NCBI GenBank assembly: GCA_023819145.1
Contig: JAMWCW010000006.1
Location: forward strand, 16,973 to 80,972
Length of the DNA stretch: 64,000 nucleotides
Source: Candidatus Omnitrophota bacterium
GTDB lineage: Bacteria; Omnitrophota; Gorgyraeia; DTHP01
Direction of reading: 5' to 3'
Shown here: piece by piece, positions 57,157-64,000 of the stretch
Position numbering within the stretch: the first letter of the stretch is position 1
How the letters are laid out: every line of letters begins with the position of its first letter
The notes under the pieces: model-generated
Told to the model about the DNA's origin: nothing
Database searches by the model: none
Seen by the model: the letters and a program-made list of their open reading frames with translations, nothing else
Made by a program: the position numbers and the translations under genes

Positions 57157-57618
57157 CTATTTACTTTTACGCCAATCTCTTTCTTTATGTTTCATTCTCT
57201 TTTGGCTTATTTCCTGAAATTTGGTAAATTGTTCAGGAGTAAGAATCTCCTTCACGGCAAAGATTCCTTCTATCTTCTGCTCAAGTAATTTTGCCTGCAG
57301 AGATTTTATGTTATCTACGATTGGCCTAATGTCTTCTTTTCTCACATCTTTTCTCTCTAATTCTTTGCGTAGTTTTCTGTGTTCCTCTTTCAACGCTTTA
57401 AACAACTCAGATGTCTTCTCTCGTTGTTTCTTACTATTTTCTTCGAGTTTCTGCTGTTGCTCCTCGGTAAGATTCAAAATTTTCGCCAGCTTTTTCCAGC
57501 GGGGTTCTCCTTCTCTATGCTGTTTAGGCTCAAAAGGTTCCCGTGCGTAAAGGGGAAAACCTAAGAAAAACACCATCCCCAAACTTAAAAAAAATGTTTT
57601 AATTTTTCTCTCCATCAC
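57157..57618 (-). CDS. Periplasmic LTXXQ-motif protein (Spy/CpxP/ZraP family)
   Basis: 153 aa, signal peptide, two LTxxQ motifs (LTEEQQQKL, LTPEQFTKF), all-helical charged sequence. Confidence 0.65.
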   Translation of the reverse strand: MMERKIKTFFLSLGMVFFLGFPLYAREPFEPKQHREGEPRWKKLAKILNLTEEQQQKLEENSKKQREKTSELFKALKEEHRKLRKELERKDVRKEDIRPIVDNIKSLQAKLLEQKIEGIFAVKEILTPEQFTKFQEISQKRMKHKERDWRKSK

Positions 57619-57669
57619 CCATCCCTCCTTTCTAACATATTAGACACAAAACCCATTAAAAAAGTTCCC

Positions 57670-58125
57670 TTAAAGAAAAAATTCCTCAAAGCTTGTTCCG
57701 AAATCATAAAAAAATTCTTTTGTTTCTCCATTTAAAAAATAGTTCCTAAACAAAAATTGTATTGTTTTTTCCTCAGAAATAACATTCTTTAAAACAATAC
57801 CTCCCAAAATAAATATCCCTGTAAACAGAGTCGCAAAAACTAACCTTTTTCTCTTAATAATAAACCCTCTTAATAAATCTAACCAATATGTTTTCTTTAA
57901 CGGTCCTTGAGTTATTTCATTATAGATGTTATCCCAAACACTCTCGGGAACTACATTATCCTGAAAATTTCTAAATAATTCCTTCTCTTTTAAAAGTTCT
58001 TCTTTTAGCTTCTGACATACGGGACATGTCTTTAGATGTTCTTCCACTTTAAGATATAAATCTCCTTTTAGTTCTTTATCCAGATAATCAGTTTTAATTA
58101 AATTCTGAAAATGCTTACACTTCAT
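57670..58125 (-). CDS. Anti-sigma factor (zf-HC2 zinc-finger, single TM)
   Basis: 151 aa, H..CPVCQ zinc-finger motif near the N-terminus, one TM helix. It overlaps the ECF sigma gene. Confidence 0.65.
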   Translation of the reverse strand: MKCKHFQNLIKTDYLDKELKGDLYLKVEEHLKTCPVCQKLKEELLKEKELFRNFQDNVVPESVWDNIYNEITQGPLKKTYWLDLLRGFIIKRKRLVFATLFTGIFILGGIVLKNVISEEKTIQFLFRNYFLNGETKEFFYDFGTSFEEFFL

Positions 58126-58687
58126 TTTTAATCAACTCCTTTTGGGCACAGTAAAGTAATTTTTCTCTTGCCCGTTTAAGACGCGTGCGCACTGTATTGA
58201 TAGGAATCTTCAATACCTCTTTTATCTCCTCATAACTCAAACCCTCTATTTCTCTAAGAATAAGACATGTTCTCTGCTTTTCATCTAATAACCTGAGTAA
58301 TCTATCCACCGTTGCTTTGCTATCTGATTTCTCCAGAGCCTCGTTTAGTTTTTCCTCATCAGAAGCCGAAATTACATTCTCTTTATACTCCATATTAAGA
58401 TTCTGTTCTTTAACCTTCCTCCGGTATTTATTAATTGCCGTATTTACCGCAATCCGGTATAACCAGGTGGAAAAAGCGGAACGAAAGCGAAAATTCTTTA
58501 AATTTCTATAAACCTTAATAAATACATCTTGGGTAACCTCCTCTGCATCCTGTTGGTTACAAGTAATGCGCAACGCAACATTATAGACAAATGCTGAAGT
58601 CATGCGGTAAATTTCCTCAAATGCTTTAATGTCATTATCGCCTGCTCTTTCTAATAACTCTCCTGAAACCTCAAATCTCTTTCCCAT
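58115..58687 (-). CDS. ECF-family RNA polymerase sigma factor
   Basis: Sigma-70 region 2 (FEEIYRMTSAFVYNVALRI...DAEEVTQDVFIKVY) and region 4 (LSYEEIKEVLKIPINTVRTRLKRAR). I place the start at the ATG at 58685-58687; the ORF-track start is a TTG. Confidence 0.85.
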   Translation of the reverse strand: MGKRFEVSGELLERAGDNDIKAFEEIYRMTSAFVYNVALRITCNQQDAEEVTQDVFIKVYRNLKNFRFRSAFSTWLYRIAVNTAINKYRRKVKEQNLNMEYKENVISASDEEKLNEALEKSDSKATVDRLLRLLDEKQRTCLILREIEGLSYEEIKEVLKIPINTVRTRLKRAREKLLYCAQKELIKNEV

Positions 58688-58897
58688 AATATTAGACAAG
58701 AAATACTCTTAAAAAAGTTCCTTAAGCAGCTGTCCGGCGGTCTAATTTTTCTCGGCGTTTATTCTTTTTATATTGGGCAGGATAAAATTTATTTTTAAGG
58801 GATTTGATTTGGAAAAATTTGTTCTGTCGGTTATCCATCTTACGCATTGAGAATTATTACCTTCGTAAAATTATATCTTCTACTCTCCTAAAAAGCA

Positions 58898-58918
58898 AAT
58901 GCCGAGGGGCGGTATCGT
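58898..58918 (-). repeat. 21-nt exact direct repeat of the tRNA-Phe 3' end (identical to 59065-59085)
   Basis: aaatgccgaggggcggtatcg occurs at both positions in the same orientation, about 150 nt apart. Confidence 0.7.
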
Positions 58919-59067
58919 CGGCTTTCGCCTCCTTAAAAGACAACCCTGATGGTTTCCTTTTAATATTTTCCTTCCTTCCGCAGGGTAGTTTATGTCCTTG
59001 GGGAAAACAATTCTTTTTTCTCCCCAAACCTCACTTTTTCCGATACCGCATACCTTAAAAGATGAAA

Positions 59068-59140
59068 TGCCGAGGGGCGGTATCGATCCGCCTACGCGCG
59101 GATTTTCAGTCCGCCGCTCTACCATCTGAGCTACCTCGGC
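59068..59140 (-). tRNA. tRNA-Phe (anticodon GAA)
   Basis: Hand-folded: GCCGAGG-TA-GCTC-AGATGGT-AGAGC-G-GCGGA-CTGAAAA-TCCGC-GCGTA-GGCGG-ATCGATA-CCGCC-CCTCGGC-A. The T-loop is ATCGATA (A at position 54). Confidence 0.8.
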
Positions 59141-59260
59141 ATTAGATATAAGTTCAGAAGCCAAAATGCAAAGTTAAAAATTTATAAGTTAGGTATTGAT
59201 TATAACAAGAAAAAATTTATTGGGCAAGGAATTTTTGTTGCGATACCTTACAACTAATAA

Positions 59261-59289
59261 TTGCATTTTATCGTATGTTTTGCTAAAAT
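59261..59289 (+). promoter_or_regulatory. Sigma-70-like promoter upstream of rpoN
   Basis: TTGCAT (59261-59266), a 17-nt spacer, then TAAAAT (59284-59289). It lies 25 nt upstream of the rpoN ATG. Confidence 0.4.
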
Positions 59290-59313
59290 CTTTATAAAAC
59301 CGAGATAATTAAA

Positions 59314-60675
59314 ATGGCAGGAGAACCGAATTTAAGACAGGAAATTATTCAAAAGTTAAAACTCTCCCCTCAAATGTTCAAGGCAATCCATATCCTTGAA
59401 CTCACTCTACCTGAATTAAGAGAACTACTTGAACAGGAATTTCAGGAAAATCCTCTCATAGAAATCGAAGACAAAGATAGAGATAACTCAGTTGTTCAAG
59501 AAGAAATAGAAGATGATTGGTCAGATTATTTTGAAGGAGAAAAAGACCCTAATGTAAAAGAATTAGAGAAGAAACGCGCCTACCGCGAAAGTCTTGTTAC
59601 TACCCCTCCCAATCTTCAAGAAGACCTCCTTCATCAACTTCGTATTAACGACATCTCAGAAGAAGAATACATCGTTGGGGAAACGATAATTGGTAATATT
59701 GATGAAGATGGATATCTAAGTGTACCCTTAGAAGAAATCGCTAAAGATGTAAACAAAGAAATAACGGAGGTAGAAAAAATCCTCTCTCTCATTCAAACTT
59801 TTTATCCTCCAGGAGTGGGAGCACGCGACTTAAGAGAATGTTTACTTCTACAATTGAAAAGAAAAAACGAAACAGAAACCCTTGCTTTTAAAATCGTAGA
59901 AAATCATTTTCTGGAACTAGAGACGAAAAAATACGATAAGATAATTAAAGAACTCGGTATAACCTCTGAAGAACTTAAAAATGCAGCTCAACATATTGCA
60001 AAACTAGATCCTAAACCTGGAAGGGCAATAAGTAGCAAACCACCTATCTATGTTCTGCCCGACCTCATCTTGGAAGAAACCGAAGAAGGAAAATATTTAG
60101 TCAGACTTAATAATGAATACATCCCCTCTATCCGCATAAATCAATATTATACAAAACTAATTAAAGACCCCCACACACCCGAAGATGCCAAAAAATATAT
60201 TCAGGACAAACTCTCTGCAGGTGAATGGTTAATTAAAGCCATCCATCAACGCCACGAAACCATTCTTAAAATTGCCCAATACATTATAGATGTTCAAAAA
60301 GAATTTTTTGAAAAAGGCAAAGGTAATCTTAAACCTCTAATTTTAGCTCAGGTAGCAGAAAAAATAGGGGTAGATGAATCCACAGTAAGTAGAACCATAA
60401 ATGGTAAATACATTGATACACCGATGGGAATATTTGAACTGAAGGATTTTTTTACTAAAGCAGTGAAAGGAGAAACGGGAAACATTTCTATTGATTCACT
60501 AAAATCAAAAATCGCTGATTTAATTAAATCTGAGGATCCCCATCATCCACTCAGTGATCAGGACCTTGTGGATAAACTTAAAGAAGAAGGAATAAATATC
60601 GCCAGACGAACCGTAACCAAATACCGGGAAGAGTTAAATATCCTCCCCTCTCATTTAAGAAAACAAAAACTTTGA
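59314..60675 (+). CDS. rpoN: RNA polymerase sigma-54 factor
   Basis: 453 aa, N-terminal Gln/Leu-rich region I, core-binding domain, C-terminal RpoN box ARRTVTKYRE. Confidence 0.9.
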   Translation: MAGEPNLRQEIIQKLKLSPQMFKAIHILELTLPELRELLEQEFQENPLIEIEDKDRDNSVVQEEIEDDWSDYFEGEKDPNVKELEKKRAYRESLVTTPPNLQEDLLHQLRINDISEEEYIVGETIIGNIDEDGYLSVPLEEIAKDVNKEITEVEKILSLIQTFYPPGVGARDLRECLLLQLKRKNETETLAFKIVENHFLELETKKYDKIIKELGITSEELKNAAQHIAKLDPKPGRAISSKPPIYVLPDLILEETEEGKYLVRLNNEYIPSIRINQYYTKLIKDPHTPEDAKKYIQDKLSAGEWLIKAIHQRHETILKIAQYIIDVQKEFFEKGKGNLKPLILAQVAEKIGVDESTVSRTINGKYIDTPMGIFELKDFFTKAVKGETGNISIDSLKSKIADLIKSEDPHHPLSDQDLVDKLKEEGINIARRTVTKYREELNILPSHLRKQKL

Positions 60676-60754
60676 TTTTTCTTGAAAGCTAAACATATTT
60701 TCTTTATAATAGCTAAAAGTAAATTTTGCCTTTTGCCTCAAAGGAGGTGAAGAA

Positions 60755-61744
60755 ATGCCGAAAGAAACCGAGGAGAGGTTATTCCCCGAAATCATTGGGG
60801 AAAGCCCGAAGATGTTAGAAGTCTTTGAAGTAATGCAGAAGGTAATAAAAACAGATAGCACCGTTTTAATCACCGGTGAAACAGGAACAGGAAAGGAACT
60901 GGTTGCCCGAGCAATCCATTACAATGGCTCAAGAAGAGATGGTGCTTTTGTAGCGGTAAACTGCTCTGCGCTCACAGAAACACTTCTAGAAACCGAATTA
61001 TTTGGCCATGTAAAGGGTTCTTTTACAGGAGCAATTGCTGAGAAGAAGGGGTTGTTTGAAGTAGCAGATAAAGGAACTTTCTTTATGGACGAAATCGGAG
61101 ACATCAGCCCAAACCTTCAAGCAAAATTACTTCGCGTACTTCAAGAGGGGGTAATTAAGAAAGTAGGAGGAACACAGGATATAAAAGTAGATGTTCGCCT
61201 TATTGCTGCCACGAACCGTGACCTTACCAAGGAAGTTGACCGGGGAAGTTTCCGTCGTGACCTCTATTACCGTGTCAGTGTAGTGGAGATACACATTCCT
61301 CCTCTGAGAGAAAGAAAAGAGGATATTTCTATTTTAGCAGAGTATTTTCTAAAACGGTTTTCTCAGAAGGTAAACAAGGATATCAAAGGATTTTCTCCCT
61401 CCGCGATGAAACTGCTCTATGATTATGACTGGCCGGGTAATGTAAGAGAACTTGAACACGAGATTGAACGCGCAGTTATCCTTAATGAAACAAACGAAAT
61501 CACCCCTGATGACCTTTCTGAAAGAATTCGCTCGGGAGGCGTGGCATTAAAGATAGAAGAGATAAAAACACGCTCTTTGAAAGGCGTTATCAACAATTAT
61601 GAGAAAAAAATTATTTCTGAGTTATTGGGAGAAATGCGTTGGAATAAAACCAAGGTAGCAGAAGTACTGGGGATAACCCGTCAAGCACTGAACAAAAAAA
61701 TAGAGCGTTACGATTTAGATCGAAGAAAGAAGAAAAGAAGTTAA
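60755..61744 (+). CDS. Sigma-54-dependent transcriptional activator lacking an N-terminal regulatory domain (PspF-like)
   Basis: 329 aa that begin directly with the AAA+ sigma-54 interaction domain (GETGTGKELVARAIH, GAFT-like ELFGHVKGSFTGA, Walker B FFMDEIGD). The protein ends with a Fis-type HTH. Confidence 0.8.
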   Translation: MPKETEERLFPEIIGESPKMLEVFEVMQKVIKTDSTVLITGETGTGKELVARAIHYNGSRRDGAFVAVNCSALTETLLETELFGHVKGSFTGAIAEKKGLFEVADKGTFFMDEIGDISPNLQAKLLRVLQEGVIKKVGGTQDIKVDVRLIAATNRDLTKEVDRGSFRRDLYYRVSVVEIHIPPLRERKEDISILAEYFLKRFSQKVNKDIKGFSPSAMKLLYDYDWPGNVRELEHEIERAVILNETNEITPDDLSERIRSGGVALKIEEIKTRSLKGVINNYEKKIISELLGEMRWNKTKVAEVLGITRQALNKKIERYDLDRRKKKRS

Positions 61745-61746
61745 GA

Positions 61747-62106
61747 TTAGGCAGGGGGTTGGTGGCTCACAAACCGATTTATCCGCGCACGCATATCGTC
61801 TGCTAAATTCATAAATTGACACCCTACTTCATAACTATCTGTATACTGCTGTTTCCTTGTCCAGATAATCTTCACTACTGACCTCAAAGGTTCGCGATGC
61901 CCCTCTAACATAATATTTACCACCATCCTGGTTCCCACGGGAACAAAACGATCGACGCTAAACCTCAGTCCCCCTTCACTTAAGTCTTTGGTGATAGTTT
62001 CGTGAGGCAATTTATCAAATTCCCCAATGGGCCTAAATTGCATCGGAAGACTCGCATAAACCCGCGGATATCTGCGCCGTTCTTGTTCAAAATAAGGATT
62101 AACCAT
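61747..62106 (-). CDS. PilZ-domain protein (c-di-GMP binding)
   Basis: 119 aa, RRYPR...DLSEGGLRF (the RxxxR and D/NxSxxG PilZ motifs). Confidence 0.75.
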   Translation of the reverse strand: MVNPYFEQERRRYPRVYASLPMQFRPIGEFDKLPHETITKDLSEGGLRFSVDRFVPVGTRMVVNIMLEGHREPLRSVVKIIWTRKQQYTDSYEVGCQFMNLADDMRARINRFVSHQPPA

Positions 62107-62185
62107 CGTATTTCTTACTTTATAAAGTTAACCACATTTATTTTTCAAACTCCTATTTATTATATAACACGATTTTCCTAAATCG

Positions 62186-63712
62186 TCAAGAGTAAAAATT
62201 TTCTCTTTTTGCGGAAGGAAGACCTTTAAATTTGACTAAAAAAATTGCTATTCCCAAGAAAAGATAGTAAGAAAGCACCACGGGAAAAGAAAAAAATGGG
62301 CTAAAAATTGTCCCTCCGGGCACTTTATCCAGAAACCCAATACTTTTAATCAGAATCTCAATAGATAATAGATTAGCATAGGCAAAAGGGGGTTTTAAAA
62401 GTGAAGGAGAAAACAGAAATAGGAAACCGGTAGCAAGAATCATAAAAGCCAAAGGAACAACTAAAATATTAGCCAGAATAGACATGGGATTGACCATCTT
62501 AAAATAATATCCTACTAACCCCAAAGAACCTATCCAAGCACTTAAAGAAACGGCAAAGAGACGTAAAAAGTATTTTTTTATCTTAGATAAAGGGGAAGAA
62601 TTCTGTAATCTCCTTTTAAAAAATAAACCCTCTATAAAAGGGGTAAAAGCTAAAATAGCAAAAACCACCAAAAAAGAAAGCTGAAACCCCACATTAAACA
62701 ACTGTAGGGGATTAAATAGAAGAATCAGCCAACAGGCAAAAGCCAGACTGTTCAAAATATCTCCTTCCCTATTAAGAATCAATCCCATTAGATAAACTAT
62801 TGCCATAATTGAAGCCCTTGCTACCGGTGCATTACCTCCTGTAAGCAAAGCATAAAAAGAAATTAAAAAAACCAACATCAAGTAAGAAATCCTTCGAGGT
62901 AATCTCAATAGTTTTAAAAAGAGATAGAGTATATATAAAATCATCCCCACATGAAGTCCGCTAATGGCTAAAATATGAACTGTCCCAGTGCGCATAAAAC
63001 TTTCTCTAATCTCTCTGGGTACGATCTGGCGTTCTCCTAAGATTAAAGCAGAAAGAATAGCTTGATGAGGATAGGGAAGATATTGGATAATTGTTTTCTT
63101 AAACTTCCTTTTAACCCAGAATATGTATCTAAAAGGATGTCTGCCTTTCTCAATAATCTCTATTTTATTGGCTTTAAGCACTAAGGAAGGATATATGCTT
63201 TTAACCGTGAATTGACGCTTAGGTTTTATTAAATAGCCTCTACAGATTAAAACATCCCCAAAAGCAAAATCAGGTTTTTGGCGGAAGACTTCAACCTTAA
63301 TTCTACCGGAGATAGGTCGCCAATTACTATCATCTGCGAAAGCCAAAACAATAGCTAAAAAATCAACCTTCTTTTGAGCATAGGATTCGTTCAGCGAAGA
63401 AGAAACTTTTATCTTAAGCGATATTTTTCTGTATCTATCTACATCAAAATAACTTATGTCATTAGTCGAGGGGGTATTTTTGTTCTCAAAATGAATTATC
63501 CCTGTAAGAAAGACGATGATAAAAATAAGGTATGAACTAAATCTTTCTTTACTTAAATTAAACCAAGCGAGAATAAAAGAAAGGCTAATTAAGAAAATAA
63601 GGAGAGGAAAATTAATCTTAACAAAATATCCATAAACTACCCCCAGAATAAAAAATAAAATTACTGGAACAAGCGGTGGAAAATACGGAGTAACTTTTTG
63701 CCTTATCTCCAC
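62186..63712 (-). CDS. comEC: ComEC/Rec2-family DNA uptake channel protein (competence domain only, no metallo-beta-lactamase domain)
   Basis: 508 aa, DUF4131-like N-terminal region plus the Competence domain (RASIMAIVYLMGLILNRE...GFQLSF). At 508 aa it is too short for the C-terminal MBL domain. Confidence 0.75.
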   Translation of the reverse strand: MEIRQKVTPYFPPLVPVILFFILGVVYGYFVKINFPLLIFLISLSFILAWFNLSKERFSSYLIFIIVFLTGIIHFENKNTPSTNDISYFDVDRYRKISLKIKVSSSLNESYAQKKVDFLAIVLAFADDSNWRPISGRIKVEVFRQKPDFAFGDVLICRGYLIKPKRQFTVKSIYPSLVLKANKIEIIEKGRHPFRYIFWVKRKFKKTIIQYLPYPHQAILSALILGERQIVPREIRESFMRTGTVHILAISGLHVGMILYILYLFLKLLRLPRRISYLMLVFLISFYALLTGGNAPVARASIMAIVYLMGLILNREGDILNSLAFACWLILLFNPLQLFNVGFQLSFLVVFAILAFTPFIEGLFFKRRLQNSSPLSKIKKYFLRLFAVSLSAWIGSLGLVGYYFKMVNPMSILANILVVPLAFMILATGFLFLFSPSLLKPPFAYANLLSIEILIKSIGFLDKVPGGTIFSPFFSFPVVLSYYLFLGIAIFLVKFKGLPSAKRENFYS

Positions 63713-63737
63713 AGAAAATTATAAGCTAAAAATCGTC

Positions 63738-64000
63738 TTATTCTAACACAATATACTCGACAATCTCCCGAAGCTTCTTCTCCCCAATCCCTTTTATTTC
63801 TTTCAGTTGGTCCATCTCCCGGAAAGGGCCTCTTATTTTACGATATTCTAATATCGCCTCTGCAAGCACCGGTCCTATGCCAGGGATAGATACCAATTGA
63901 GAGAAATCTGCAGAATTGATGTTTACCTTCTGGATAACTAAGGATGTTTTCTTGCCTTCACTAAAAAAAGATTCTTTTGCGAGAGGATGGAGTTTTAAAT
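63738..64000 (-). CDS. comEA: ComEA-like helix-hairpin-helix DNA-binding competence protein (C-terminal part only; the gene continues past the window end)
   Basis: The reverse-strand translation ends ...LPGIGPVLAEAILEYRKIRGPFREMDQLKEIKGIGEKKLREIVEYIVLE-stop (TAA at 63738-63740), a tandem HhH motif typical of ComEA. Confidence 0.7.
   Translation of the reverse strand, partial: LKLHPLAKESFFSEGKKTSLVIQKVNINSADFSQLVSIPGIGPVLAEAILEYRKIRGPFREMDQLKEIKGIGEKKLREIVEYIVLE

Noticed and set aside
58880-59164. ORF-track protein containing MVERRTENPRVGGSIPP
   Set aside because: It is a read-through of tRNA-Phe and its 3' repeat on the minus strand, a classic tRNA-derived spurious ORF.

Overview
This is a low-GC (about 35%), gene-dense bacterial chromosomal segment, with roughly 80 genes and most of them on the minus strand. 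I could not place it taxonomically from sequence alone.

What I can support by reading the six-frame translations and the raw DNA:

1. Housekeeping genes: serS (partial), rtcB with archease, rpsB-tsf-pyrH-frr, an msbA-like ABC exporter, trxB-trxA, pit with a DUF47 partner, pcm, plsY-pgsA and lepB.
2. An AmmeMemoRadiSam system split between two places: the radical SAM gene sits in the trx operon, and a Memo::AMMECR1 fusion plus an extra AMMECR1 gene lie 12 kb away.
3. Four tRNAs (Lys-UUU, Ala-CGC, Thr-CGU, Phe-GAA). Two of them have direct repeats of their own 3' ends a short distance downstream.
4. A complete type IVa pilus cluster, in transcription order HTH-pilMN(fusion)-pilO-pilP-pilQ-pilB-pilC-pilA-pilT-pilin. 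It is followed by two tandem paralogous three-gene cassettes (a large pilin-like protein with a low-complexity repeat linker and a divergent C-terminal domain, a pseudopilin, and a PilX-like protein). These cassettes are the most unusual feature of the window.
5. A cobalamin locus: a cobalamin riboswitch ahead of btuB and tonB, plus btuF-btuC-btuD-cobO.
6. A sulfur-carrier-protein cluster for cysteine/homocysteine: a Rrf2 regulator, a JAMM protease, cysK, a small sulfite reductase, ccdA, a TlpA-like protein, a ThrC-like enzyme, MoaD/ThiS, ThiF/MoeB and a NIL-domain protein.
7. The rnfCDGEAB operon.
8. An ECF sigma / anti-sigma / LTXXQ module.
9. rpoN followed by a PspF-like sigma-54 activator.
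10. A PilZ protein, comEC and a partial comEA.

I found no CRISPR array, transposase or obvious prophage.
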